Shown here: piece after piece, positions 24,770 to 38,200 of the stretch | How the letters are laid out: each line of letters begins with the position of its first letter | Numbering within the stretch: the stretch's first letter is position 1 | Source: Raillietiella orientalis | Lineage: Eukaryota | Assembly (NCBI GenBank): GCA_036172245.1 | Contig: JAYWIR010000126.1 | Span: 1-64,000, forward strand | DNA: 64,000 nucleotides | Reading direction: 5' to 3' | The notes under the pieces: generated by a model | What the model was told of the DNA's origin: nothing | Seen by the model: only the letters and a program-made list of their open reading frames with translations | Database searches by the model: none | Position numbers and translations under genes: made by a program

Positions 24770-27370
24770 TCGCCCAAACCTGGAGGAAGTTGATGGAGGG
24801 GAAACTGGTCACAGAAGTCTAGGACTGAGCGTTTTATTTTGTCCCAGTCAGCGAGAGTCTGCAGTTCGCAACTACGCAGAAATGCGCGCAGATGTTCGCG
24901 CGCTCCAGCGAGTCGCAACCAGTCCCCCGGCAGGCGCCACGCTTCGGAGGGTGGACCTCTGTCGCGCGGGTGAATCTTGATCACTAGTCTAGGGTGATCG
25001 GACAGCTCCGACGCATTTGCTCCTTGAGTCCCCACCCGCGTACACAAGTGGTTATCGAGGAACACGTGGTCGATTCTGCTTCTCGCTCCGGCTTCATCGG
25101 CCAACAAGTTGCGTGTGTTCATAGCCGCACATAACTCGTTGCCCAATTGTGCTTGTATGTCGGGCGCTTCCGACAGCAGGCGGACGTTGAAGTCTCCCGC
25201 TATCAGATGCGCCCGCCGCACGCCTGCTCCGGCCAGCCAGTCTCGCCGCAGGGCTTCGAAGAACGCAGTGCGTTCTGCGCGACTGTGGCTGGTGCAGGGC
25301 ACGTACAGGTTCGTGACTACGAGGTCGATCGATTCGGAACACTTAAGGACAAGTTGTCCTACTCGACCTTCCTCGTCGAACTGTGCACTGCGCACCGCAT
25401 TGGCGACGGCCGTCTTCAGCAGAAAGGCCACTCCGCGGGAATGGTCTCCTCCACCACGCCAAAGTAGCCTCCCCCCTGTGAGCCTCTCGATTTCCTGGAC
25501 GTCCTCTGCTCTGAGGGCATGCACCTCTTCAAGAAGTGCCAGGTCGAAAGGTCGCAGGGTGTCGGCCACGCTACGCCTCTTGCTTTCGCTACGCAGCCCA
25601 TTGACATTCCAACAGGCTATACGCAGCTCCAGGTAAGAGGCGATTCCTCGCATCATACTAGTGATGGTGGTGGCGTGTGTATTGCCGCCTCCTGTTCGGG
25701 AGGCGGCTGGTCGTTGTCCATCTGCGGTGGCGGCGTTTCGGCAACGACCGGAACGTCTGCAGCCGGACTGAGGTCGATAGGAAGGACCGACCGGATGCTG
25801 TCGATGGAGGGATCCCGCGACCTCGCGGACATCGCCTTCTCGCTATCCGAGCGCATCTCCTCCTCCTCAGCCTGAGGAAGAGCGACGCCCATAGGGTTGC
25901 GCGACTTCCGGACCGCCTTCCACTTCGGAAGGGCGACGGTAAGAGCGTTTCTGGCTTCCGCCTCGGACCCCGAAGTTTCCGGGCCCTTAACTTCCGCCGG
26001 ACGTCTGACGGCCTTCTTTGCAGCCTTAGGCGGCCGTATTAAGGTGGTTGCGAGTTCCTCCGCCACTTTCGCGAAGTTTTTCTCGTCGCTGCTGCTCGCG
26101 TGTTTGTCGCAGGATTCCTGCGGCGGTTCTGCGGCGTTCGCGACGGTTGCGGGAGTCGCGTTCGCCGATCGACGCTCGATCGACGGAACGCGCTCGATTG
26201 TAACGCGGCATTCCTTTATGCACTCGCGCTGCGGAATTTTTGGTTTGCCGTCCGCGGGTTTTTTCGGAACGCTCGCGTTCTGATTTTTTGAGTTTTTTGT
26301 GGTAATTTTTTTTGTTTAGTTTTCAATTTGTTTGGGTTTTTCGCCGGAGACTATTTTCCAGCCTTCCTCGTCGGCATTTGGATCAGAAGTCTCCTTTTGA
26401 GGCTCCTGCTCCTTGTGCACGACTTCTTCTGAAGTCGGCTTTCCATCGCTCTTTGCTTTAAATTCTGCCTTCTTCCCCTCGTTTGTCGAAGGGGCAGAAG
26501 GCGTTGTCGCGGTGGTTTTCGGGCACACAGCACTAGGGTGGCCCTTCGCGCCGCAAGATGGGCATCTAGCATCCGGGCATCTCTTTTTAAGATGCCCGAA
26601 TGTGTTGCACAGCCCACAGTATTTTTCCTTCTCCACGTACCAAAGGTCGACGAGCTCGTCGTTGACTTCAAGCTTGTGGGGAAGTTCTTCATTTTCGCGG
26701 AGAGTTATGCGTGCAGCCACTCGCCTACTGAATGCGCCTCGATAAGTAAAGGCGTTGGGCTTTGACCACATCGCGTATATCTCCGCGAATTTGTTGATTT
26801 CAGTGCGGATGGCTTCATTGGTCATCCGCACCGTTGTACCCGTGAGGTGGATCACCATAGAGTGATCCACCGTGTGTGGGAGGAGATTCCGCCCTTCGAA
26901 CGGAACGGGCGTGCAGAGCAGTTTGTGTGTGAGCGCTGCATCTCTGCAGATCAGCTCCGTGAACTGGCCGTTGCTCCGAATCGAGAAGCAAAGTATCTCC
27001 TCGTCAGAGATTCCCATCCTACGGATGGCGTTTCCAAATTTCCGCGTTGTAAGCGGAGAATATAGGTTTCCTACCTTGTAAAGGATGGCAGGGTTGTAGC
27101 CCTCCTTTATGTAGGCCTGCACTTCGGCGGTCACGTCCGGCGGAGCAGCCGCGGTCACCTTGTTCCACGCCCTCGCCGGGGTGGCGGGGGCTGATTTTCT
27201 GGTGGGGCATGACCCCACCTCCATAGGTTGGGGGGACGTGGGCCTTACGTCTCCCGTCGCAGGAACTTTGGCATCTTCAGGTATTTCTGCCTTCCAACGT
27301 CCGCACTTCCAATTCACACAACACCTAGTTTTGGCTTCCCTCACGGGAGCTGACCAAAAACGCGTGCGGC
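24770..27370 (-). mobile_element. LINE copy G, 5' half (frameshifted ORF1 25653-27344; APE 24770-25656)
   Basis: Two intact knuckles CGLCNTFGHLKKRC and CPSCGAKGHPSAVC; complete APE; truncated at LPPGLGD by the 3' end of F. Confidence 0.93.
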
Positions 27371-30104
27371 ACCGTCGCAGGTTTGCCGCATTCTGAGGGA
27401 TTTCTATTCCTCCCTTTACGCGCTGAGACCATCAGAGCGCTCCTTTGCGCAGCGCCTGCTGCCAGAGGGTGCTTCCGCGTTGAGGGAGGAAGAAATACAC
27501 ATGTTCCTCCAAGAGTTCACGATGAAGGAGATAATTTCCGCCATCAATAAATTGAGAAGAAACGAAGCACCAGGGGAAGACGGCCAGCAAGCTGAATTAT
27601 ACCAACACTTCGCGGCAGAGCTGGCCCCCCTGGTGCTAAAACTATGTATGCTGATCCGTGAACGTGGGGATGTCCCCAACTCGTTCCGGTCAGCTAGAGT
27701 ACGTCTCCTTCCTAAGGGAGGAGACTTGCGACACGTTGGCAACTGGCGTCCCATCACTGTAGTGAATGCGGACGCAAAGTTGCTCGCTAAACTGAGAACT
27801 GAGCCCCCGGGACGGGTAGCGGAATCCGTGGTCAGTCCGGAAAAGACATACGCTGTTCCCTGACGAACCATGGAGGCGAACCTGTTCCACGCTTCCACCT
27901 GGCTAGAGCTCCAATACGAAAGGGGATTGATGCGCACCAAGAATTCCAGTGAGTCCGTCAGTCATGCGACGGCTGGTCGGATGGGGGAGGGAGCACTTGC
28001 GTTAGCTGTTGACTTGCGTGAAGCATTCGACAGCGTCGACCAGAATCTCCTTCTGGAGCTTTTGGAACGCTTGGGCTTCCCGGCCTCTTTATTAGCCTAT
28101 CTGCGCTCTAGCTGGCGCGATGCGCAAATCAATGTTACTTTCAACAGGCATACTGTTCACGGCGTGCCAGTGCGACGTGGGATCCGGCAAGGAAACAGCC
28201 TGAGCCTGTTGCTCTTCAGTACCTACTTTGAGTTGGTACTGAAAGCGTACAGGGAAACTCTGGCGCACCTGCCGCATGAATGCGCCGGAACGCCTGCGGT
28301 TTCAGCATATGCGGACGACCTCCTGCTACTGCTCCCTATGTCCACCCCGGCTTCGGCGGTCGAGAAGTTCTTCGACCTGCTGAATCGAGGAACCGGGCTT
28401 ACGGTGAACAGGGCGAAGTCCTCCGTGATGCCAATTGGTGCGGCGTGGGCAGGGCAGCCGGACTGGGTCCGTTTAGGGATCCCCACGGTGAGGTAATTCA
28501 AGTACCTTGTTGTGCCGTTGGGGGACTACTCCCCTGCGGAAGCGTGGTCTGGCTGCCTCCAAAAAGTGGAAACGGCGATCGGCCCGTTCTTGGAAGACAA
28601 GTTTCTCCTTCCGGAACGGGCCACGGTATGGAACGCGTTCGCGGCTCCTATCCTCCGCCCCCTGCTTTTTGTTTGCCCCGTCACCAGAGAGTTGAAAAAA
28701 CGGACAAGGGACCTCCTGAGAATTCCCCTTTGGGAAAGTGGGAGGCCCCGAGTCCCGTTGAAGGACTTGTGTGCTCCACGTCGGGATGGCGGTCTCGGCC
28801 TCTTGACGATGGAGCGAGTAGAGATTCAGCTGTGGTGGCGAACCCTCGCCATCGCAGTGAAGTTATAGAGCACTTCTTGGTGCGTTTCGGCCCGACTCGT
28901 TGCCAGCAGTGTATCCGGAACGGAGGGTCTCGCGTCCTATCTTCTGTGCCGTGGCAGGAAGTTCAAGAGATGCGGACTTCTCCTGGGACGCCTGGCAACT
29001 CTGGCTAAGGAAAACGGCTGGATGGTATGCAGCTACGCCAACTCCTCCGCATGGCTGGAGGAGACAGCTGGCACGTAAGCGAAGAATAATGAAAAAAATG
29101 AATAGATATGGAACTGCCTGCGACGCGGCGCCTGTTCCTGCTGCACTCTGCGGAAGATACTCCAGTGTCCCGCGAGGAGCACGTGGGCAGAGACAACCCC
29201 CCTAGCCACGGCGATGCCCTTCCTGAGGAGGGCGCTCTCCAGCAGCCGCAAGCCTAGGTGGCAAGTTTCCTGCCGCATCGCAGGCAAGGAGAAGCTGATC
29301 AGCGGCTGGTCCACGGGTAAACTGGCGCAAGCCAGTACCCCTAGTGTCCAGCCGAGAGGACTGCAGAGATGGGGCGAGCAACTCGGCATCCAGCCGGATG
29401 ACCTGAAGTGGCCCCCGGTATTAATTGGATCTAGGATCCTCCTTCTGAAGTGGCAGGAGTCGGCGCTTCTGTTGTTGCATTGGGGTCTGCAACGCACGCC
29501 TTTACCACTGGACCAGGGGTCAAGTAGATCCTACCTGCATCAGGTGTGCGGAACGGGAAACTCTCCTCCACCTCCTTGTTGATTGTGCTGCCATCCGACC
29601 CCTGTGGGAACGTCTTCGTGCCTCCCTACGGATCCAGGAAAGCAGCCAGCTTAGAGACGTTTTTCGGCTTCTGTTCGTGATGATGCCCTGCGTCCAGCCG
29701 CGGCCCTGGCTGCACTTTGCTGCGTACGCGGGATTGTGACGTTCTGGAGCAACGTCGGAAGACCGAATCACGACAGGGATGCCGTCGTACTTGCAGTCCG
29801 CTACCTACGGATTGTGACCAGATGGCCCCACCTGGAAATTATACGGACGGACCTCGAGGGCATCCTGCGAAGGATGGAACCTCCTCCCAGTGGTCAGTGT
29901 TCCCTCCCCAACCCTCCCAAATCTTTTTGTTTTTATGTTTTATTTTTCTTTTTGTTTTTTCCCCCCCCCTTCCGCTGCCGAGGAGAGTCGCGCCGGTCTG
30001 CGTAACGGCGACCCGGCAGGTCCAGTTGAGTTGGCCGTAGTGGGGCCTCGTACCACGAATCAAAGAGAATTTTTAATAAACGCCCCGGCGTGACCGGGTG
30101 GCAA
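27371..30104 (+). mobile_element. LINE copy H, 3' half, decayed ORF2
   Basis: RT fragments 27480-27863 and 27870-28496 (AYADD); AATAAA 30075-30080 followed by CCCGG-CGTGA-CCGGG. Confidence 0.93.
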
Positions 30105-31949
30105 CTATCAACTTGTAATCCGCATGCACTATTGTGATGGGACGCAAGTTGTTAATGCTCCTCAGATCTCCTCCCTTAGGGAGAAGCCGCACAATTTGCC
30201 GAAAGAAACGAGGCAGGAACGTTACCTTTTTCGCGTATCAGCAAGATGAGTTGATGTACCAGGGGGGTTAGCTCAGCCGCGAAAGTTTGACAAAACTCCG
30301 CGGACAGGCCGTTCTCCCCTGGAGCCTTTCGCCTCTTGAGCTTTCCGATGGCCGAGATGATCTCGCCCATCGTAAAAGACTCGTCGAGGGACTTTTTCTT
30401 CTCTTCCCCAATCGCAGGAGCGCCTTCCGGAAGCAGGATTTGTGAGAAATCCCGCTCGGGAGGCGTTCTTGCGTACAGGGAGGAGTAAAAACGCCGCAGC
30501 AGACCGCGGATCTGAGCGGGTGCAGAATGCTCCTGGCCCTGATCGCCCAGCAAGCTGGCCGATCCTGACTTCCACTCTCGCCTTTCGGCTCCCGCTTTGT
30601 ATTCCGCTAGCCTGCGGATGTCGGGGGTCCTGGCGTAACGACGGTCCTGCAGGTAGGCTCGTTCGTTACGGACCCCGGTCCCAAAACCCGTAGGTAGTCG
30701 GTGTAGAGGGAACTGGTCGCAGAACTCCTGGACCGACCGTTTAAAGCGGTCCCAATCCTGAAGTGTCTGCATCCTAAAGCTCCGTATCAACGTGCGGAGA
30801 TGTTCCGTCGCGTCCGGGAGCTCTAGCCAGTCCCCTAGCAAACGTCACGCTGACAAGGGGGTGCCCCTGTCGCACGGATGGATTTAAATCAAGATTGGTC
30901 GATGGTCGGACAACTCGCACGGCAACTTGCAGCGCCTGCCCACACGAGTGCACAGGTGCTCGTCAAGGAACACGTGATCGATGTTGTCGTCCATCCCTGG
31001 TACACTTGCCAACAAATTACAAGTGTGCACCGCCGCGCACACCTCGTTGACCAGGTCACGCTCGTGATTCAGCCCATCCGGTTTCAGACGAACGTTAAAA
31101 TCGCCTGCAACCAGATAGGCATTCCGCACGCCTGCCTCGTTCAACCAGTCGCGATGGAGGGCAAGGAAAAATACTTTCCTGGCCCTCCTGTTCGGCAGGT
31201 CCGCTCCGCTCGGGGCGTAAACGTTCGTAACGATCACGTCGATCGAGTCGGACCAGCTGAGAGACAGCTGACCGACACGACCGTGATCGTCGAACCGCAC
31301 TCCACGGGCGGCGGCCTCGATGGTGGGCCGAACCAGGTAGGCGACACCACAACTTCTCGATGTTCCACACCGATACCACAGCCGCCCTCCTTAGATGCGT
31401 TCGATCTGCTGCGCTTGTTCTGCAGAGATCACATGGATCTCCTGCAGCAGCACAAGGTCGAACGATCCTACAATGGCGGCCATGTCTCGTCGCCTGCCGG
31501 CGTCTGTCATGCCGTTCATGTTCCAAACGGCGATGCGCAGACGACGGCGGGAGGAGATTCCCGGCATTACTGCCGGGAAAATGACGGTGTGGGGGAACCC
31601 GCCCCTTCCGAGGCGGGTGAGATGACCATTAGGGTTTCAGCCTCCTCAGGCACCTTGAATACCTGTCCGGCTTCAACCCCCTCCATCTCCTCCGTGTCTG
31701 TGCGCGGTGGTCTCTTGGGTGACGATTCCCGGGATTCTCCCACGCTAATGGCACCCTCGCAGTTGGAAGTGAACTCCACGCCATCCACCTCGACAGGGGC
31801 TTTCCGAGGTTTGCTGGACTTTCTTCCAGCCTTCCGGCTTGGTGCCACGGAGATGGAAACTTGGTTTCCGGCCTGCGCTTCGGGGTCGGAAGTTACCGAC
31901 TCCTCGGTGGAGGCTGGACGCCTCACTGCCTTTTTGCCAGCCTTGGAGG
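30105..31949 (-). mobile_element. LINE copy I fragment (ORF1 C-terminus, APE, linker)
   Basis: TAATG at 31565-31569; APE 30884-31300; linker 30176-30841; inverted duplicate of 53416-55260. Confidence 0.92.
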
Positions 31950-34900
31950 CTTACACCCGGGTACGCCCGGGGCGTTTATTTTCAAAAAACCCTACATCCG
32001 CGGTACAAGGCCCCGCTCACGGCCGTATGCACTGGACCTGCCGGGACGCCGGGACGCAGCCCAGCGTAGCGTTCCTCAGCAGCGAAGGGGGATGGGGATA
32101 AAACAAAAAGAAAAATAAAAAAATAAACAGACAAAAAAAAGTTGGAGGGCAGGGAAGGGATCACTAAGCGCTGTGAGGAGTTCCCATTCGTTGAAGGAAA
32201 CCCTCGAGGTCCGTGCGTATATTCCCCAGTTGGGGCCATGCGGCAGCTCTCCGCATGAAGCGTTGGGCGTATGGGATCACATCCCTCGCATGTGGACCCA
32301 CTCCTTCGTTATTGGCGTTGCTCCATGCCGCCACGATGCCACGGACACAGCACAAGGCTGCGATCACTGCGGCTGGCTGCAGTGCGTCCTTCACGAAGAG
32401 GGGCCGAAGAACGTCTCTGGGAGTGCTGCCCGTAGGGAGCCCTAGGGTCGCCCCGAACCGTTCCCAGAAAGATCGGATGGCAGCACAGTCCACAATTAGG
32501 TGAAAGAGCGATTCCCGCTCTCCGCACCTAACACACACAGGATCCACAGTTCCCTTTGTCCAGTGGAAGCGGCGTGCGTTGCAGGGTAAACCCCAGTGCA
32601 GCCGTAGCAACGCCGACTCTTGCCACTTAAGGGGCAGGATCCTGGATTCCTTTAGTACCGGAAGCCACTTCAGCACATCCGTAGGGATGGCGAGCAGCTC
32701 GCCCCATCTCATTAATCCACGCGGCTGGACGCTCGGGGTCGTGGAGTCCGCCAGTTCTCCTGTGGTCCAGCCGCTTAACATCTTCTCCCTGCCTGCGATC
32801 TGGCAGGTGACTTGCCACCTCGGCTTCTGGCGATCCTGCAGCGCCCTCAGGAGGTAGGGCATCGCCGTAGCAAGGGGGTCGTCAACGCCCACCTGCGACT
32901 CCGAGAGAATTCCAGTATTTCCAGCAGGGTGCGGTTGGCGTATAGGACGATTCGCAGGCAGTTCATGTGGCTTTCACTCCTCCGGTTCAGTTAGCCCATG
33001 TGCCAGCAGTCTCCTCCAACCAGGCGGAGGAGTTAGCGGGGCCACAAACCATACAACCGTTCGTCTTCGCCAAGGTTGCTATGCGTCCGAGCATAAGGCC
33101 GCATCTTCGGATCTTCCGGCCAGGGCACAGAAGAAACGACGCGAGTCCTTCGCATCGGGACACACGCCTGGCGAGGTGGCGGGCCGGAACGCACCAAGGG
33201 GTGCTTCACATCTTCGCTTCGTATGGCGAGGGTTCGCCACCGCAGCTGGATTTCCACGCGCTCCAGCGTCAGGAGGCCAAGGTCGCCGTCCCGACGCGGA
33301 GCGCACAAGTCCTTCAGAGGGAATCGGGGCCTCCCCTTGCCCCAAAGTTCGATGCGGAGGAGGTCCTTCGTCCTCTTTTTGCATTCTTTGGGGGCGGGGC
33401 AAACAAAAAGCAAGGGGCGGAGGATGGGGGCCGCGAAGGCGTTCCAAACCAATGCTCGTTCCGGCAAGTGAAACTTGCCTTCCAGGAACGGACCGATCGC
33501 CGTCTCAACTTTTTGAAGACAGCTGGACCACGCTTCCGCAGGGGAGTATTCACCCAACGGCACACCAAGGTACTTGAGGCACCTCGCCGTGGGGATCCCC
33601 AGACAACCCAGTCCTGCTGCCTTGCCCACGCCGCACCTACTGGCACCACCGACGACTTCGCCCTGTTGACCTGCAGTCTGGTCCCACGGCTGAGCAGATC
33701 GAAGAAGTCTCCGACCGCCTTCGCCAAGGTGGACATAGGTAACAGGAGCAGAAGGTCGTCGGCATAGGCTGCTACGGCGGGCGTGCCGGGACACGAGCTC
33801 GGCAAGGAGCCCAAAGTCACCCTGTAGGCTCTCAGCACCAACTCAAAGTAGGTGCTGAAGAGCAGGGGACTCAGGCTATCTCCCTGCCTGATGCCCCGCC
33901 GCATCGGCACGTGATGCACCTTCTGTCTGCTGAAAGAGACGGAAATTATCGCATGGCGCCAGCAGGAGCGCAGGTAGTTGATCAAGGAGGGTCGGAAGCC
34001 CATGCGACCCAGGAGCTCCCACAAAAGCCCCTGGTTAACACAGTCGAACGCCTTATGGAGATCGACTGCGAGCGCTAAGGCCCTCTTCCCAGACCGGGTG
34101 TCCATTCCCAGCCCAGCTGGCGGCCCCAAAGTGGGGTTGCCAATGTTTCCGCCAGTTTCATTTAGACAGCGCTGCACATGGAACCATGTGCTCGCGAAGA
34201 ACAGGTTGGCATCCATACTTCGTCCGGGAACAGCGTATGTCTGCTCGGGGCTAATTATGGAGTCTTCCACCTGTCCTAGACGCGAAGCCAATAGCCCGGC
34301 TACCTACATGGCGTCCGTGTTCACAATCGTGATCGGACGCCAGTTGTTCAAATTCCTAAGGTCTCCCCCTTTCGGAAGGAACCTCACTCTGGATGACCCA
34401 AACGAGGCGGGAACATCGCCTTCGTCTCGGATCAGCCTTGTCAGCTGAAGCAGCAAGGGTGCCAGCTCTCCCGCGAAGCTCTGATCGAACTCCGCGGGCA
34501 AGCCGTCTTCCCCTGGTGCTTTCCGCCACTTGAGCCTTTTGATACCGGCGAGAATTTCGCCGGTGGTATAAGGCTCATCGAGGCTTAACGACTCCTCCTC
34601 CCCTATTGCCGGGGCACCATCCGGAAGCAAGAGCCGAGAGGCATCTTGACTCGGGGGCGCCCTGGCGTGAAGGGAGGAATAATAACTCCGCACGAGATGC
34701 CGTACTGACGCCGGGGACGAACATTCCCGGCCCTGGTCATCCAGCAAGCCGGCCGATCCGGATTTCCAGGCTTGTCGTTCGGCCCCGGCGCGGTACTCGG
34801 CCAGGCGACGGACATTAGGGGTTCGCTCGTAATTACGGGCCTGTAAATAGGTCCGATGGTTGCGAGGACCCTCGCCAAATCCGAAGGGCAGGCGGTCCAG

Positions 34901-35295
34901 GGGGAACTGCTCGCAGAACTCCCGGACCGATTCCTTGAAAAGGACCCAATGTTGGAGATTCCGGAGCGTGACGCCTCTCAGGTATTCGCCAAACTGTACC
35001 TTCGCACCTGAGAGTCGCGTCCAGTACCCCGGCAGACGCCAGTCCCTGGATGGCGGTCCTTTGTCGCAAGGCGGCATCTCGAAAATTAACCGGCAATGGT
35101 CCGACAACGTCGACGCAACCCTCCCCCGTTTGCCCACCCGTGAACACAGGTGAGAGTCGAGGAAGACGTGGTCGATGCTGCGGACCATTCCCCTCTCACC
35201 CGCGAACAAGTTGCGCGCACGCATGGCTGCGCACAACTCGTTCATCGCGTTCTCTCGTGTTTCAGGCTCACATGTTAGCAGGCGAAGATTGAAAT
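31950..35295 (-). mobile_element. LINE copy J, 3' two-thirds (distal APE to 3' end)
   Basis: ORFs 34304-35302, 33314-34291 (AYADD) and 32164-32892; 3' end joined to cctccaagg exactly as in J2. Confidence 0.93.
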
Positions 35296-38200
35296 TTATC
35301 ACCCGGTCACGCCGGGGCGTTTATTCATAATAATAAACTGGTCAGGTACAATGTCCCCAAACAACAAAACGACAGAGAACATAGAAAAATTACCGGCACG
35401 CAGGCCTGGTAAACAAACCGCTCGCAGCGTGGGGGGAATGAGAGGAAACAAACAAAAGTCAGAAACAGGAGGGAAGGGTAACGGGTTTTTGGTTAGGCTC
35501 CGTACTCACGAGGATTTAAACGATGAGCACCTAAAATGTTCCGGAGCCTATGAACACGCGGGTGTAAAAAGAAAATACAAAACTAGTTTATGGAGGGTAG
35601 GGCAATGATCACCATGTTGGCCGCTGCTGAGGGTGTGTAAACCGGCGGTGTATTGCGGCGAGATTCCTTTTTGTCTCCTCTGTCAAATGAAACCATCTAG
35701 CGAATGCTCCCATGGTGAAGGATGCTTTGCTGATTACCTCTTGGTGCTGTCCGTTGATTACCAACGCCTGGCGGACGGAAACTATCGCGCGTATGCAACC
35801 GATGGTTGCAATCCTTGCGCTTAGTGAAAGCCCGCTCGGCGTGAAGAATCGTCGCAGCAAGTCTCTCGCGGTGTCAACGGGATGCATTAGTGCTGTTGCC
35901 AGCCTACGCCAAAGTCCTTGTAGGACATGCAGTCCAGAAGTAGGTGCGGAATCGACTCCGTCGATCCGCAACGAACGCAGTCCGCAGACGCAAGTCCCCC
36001 GGAGTCACGATGCCAACGCTCGTTGCACTGAGAATCCCAGTGAACAAAAAGCAGCACGGCTTGTTTCCAAGCAAGGGGGAGCAGCGAACTGTCAATACAC
36101 TCTGGAGGGTCTACAAGTTCTTCGGGGGTGACAGCAAGTTCTTCTGCCCACCGGAGGAGTCCCTTTGCAGTAACACGAGGAGTGGCGGCGTCCGCCAACT
36201 CACTCGTCTTCCAGGCGTCAAGGATTTTAATTTTTCCCGCTATCGTGCAGGAAACCTCCCACCTCGCCGGTTGGTAACTGTCGTTTCTTGCCCTGAGGGC
36301 AGACAGCGCTGCGGCAAGAGGCGTGGCAGCCAGAGTAGAAAACTTCACCTCGTCCTGCAGTACTTCTTCCAAGGATCGTGGAAAAAAGTGACGCAGGGGG
36401 CGAAGATCTTCAGGGCGTATTCCTTGGAACGCCGCCCAGGATTCAACAGACTCCTGCCGCCAAGCTTCAAAGTTCATTAAGCGGCAGGAGATCCACGATT
36501 GAGCTTCCAGAAGTGCGGTCAACTGCCGCAATGGAAACCCGAAACCCCGCTTCCTGTATTGAGTGCCCGGCAAAAGCGAGAGAAATGCTCCTCTGCCAGC
36601 GCATCTCCGCAAAATAATGCGGGCTGGCACACACAGGGGTATGTCCATAGCTGGGCACACAGTTCCAGCAGTCGGAACTGCACCTGCAGTCCGATTCGCT
36701 CCATTGTCAGGATACCCAAACCAGCATGCCGACGCGGAGCTAACAAATCTTTAAGGCGGATTTTAAATCTCGCCGGACCCCAGAGAGCGTTCCTGAGCAG
36801 GCGCTTAGCCCGCTGTTTCGCCGCATAGGGAGGGGTCCAAAACAAAAAACTGGGGACGGAGGAGGGGGGCCACAAATGTGTTCCAAATAGTCGCTTGTTC
36901 CTGCAAGGTAAACTTGCGGTTAACGAAAGGGCTGATGGCCAACTCTGCTTTGTGAACACAGTCCGCTCACGCTTCGGCTGCGCCGAAAGCGCCCAAGGGA
37001 ACGCCGAGGTTCTTAAAGTACCCGCCCGTGGGGATCCCCAGGCGGATCCAGTCGGACTGCACCTCCAACGACGTAGCCACAGAAACGACCACGCTCTTTT
37101 CTCTGTTCACGCACACGTCCGCTCCCCGACGAATCAGGTCGAAGAAATCCTCGACGATGGACGACGGGGTGGACATGGGGAGCAGAAGAAGCAGGTCATC
37201 AGGGTAGGCGGCCACGGCAGGCGTTCCCGGGCAGGAGCTAGTCAAGTGAGACAGCGTCAGCCTGTATGCTCTTAGCACCAACTCAAAGAAGATGCTGAAG
37301 AGCAACGGGCTTAAGCTGTCGCCCTGTCGGATGCCCCTACGAACGGGAATACCATACACGCGGCTGCCGCTAAAAGTGATGCAGGTTAGCGCGTGGCCCC
37401 AGCACGCGCGCAAATACAGCAGGAGTTGCGCCGGGAACCCAAGGCGTTCCATAAGCTCCAAAAGCAGCTTCTGGTTTACGCAGGCAAACACCTTTTTTTT
37501 TTTTTTTTGTTTTTCCCCTTTCTCCTGCTGCCTTGGTGGACCGTACCGGTCTAAAAACCGGTAAATTGGCAGGCGCCGTGGTTCTAAGCTTCTGGCTGGA
37601 GCATTGCCACAGCCATTAATAGTTTGTTTACAAAGTTAATTTTTTTAATAAACGACTCGGAGAAATCCGTGTGAAAATCGAACGCCTTGTGGAGATCGAC
37701 CGCTACCGCCAAGGCACCTGGCGTTCCCTCCTGCCGTCGGCGCCTGTTCTTCTTGCCTGCGGCAGTGACTTTCGCAGCAGCCTAGCTTTGCTGCGCCACA
37801 ACTTCCTGCAGCTGCATCCATGTACGCGCGAAAAGTATGTTCGCCTCCATGGATCGTTTCGGAATCGCGTAGGTTTGTTCCGGGCTCACCACAGAATCCG
37901 CGATACTTCCTAACCACGCGACTCACAGCTTGGAAAACAACTTGACGTCCGAGTTCACCAAGGTGATCGGACGCCAGTCGTTAAGTTGACGCAAGTCTCC
38001 GCCTTTCGGCAGGAGACGCACCTTCGCTGAGCGGAAGGAATCAGGGACATTCCCGGATTCACTCATCAGCGTCGCGAGTCTCAGCATCAAGGGAATGAGC
38101 TCCACTGCATAGTACTGATGAAACTCTGCAGGGAGCTCATCCTCGCCTGGCGCCTTTCGTCTCTTCAGCCCAGCGATGGAGAACGAAAATTCATCCGCCG

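Larger units (their letters stand above)
21365..32247. repeat. Left arm of an inverted duplication of at least 10.9 kb
   Basis: Paired ORF coordinates sum to 85365 (21567+63798, 22494+62871, 26316+59049, 30176+55189). Confidence 0.97.
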
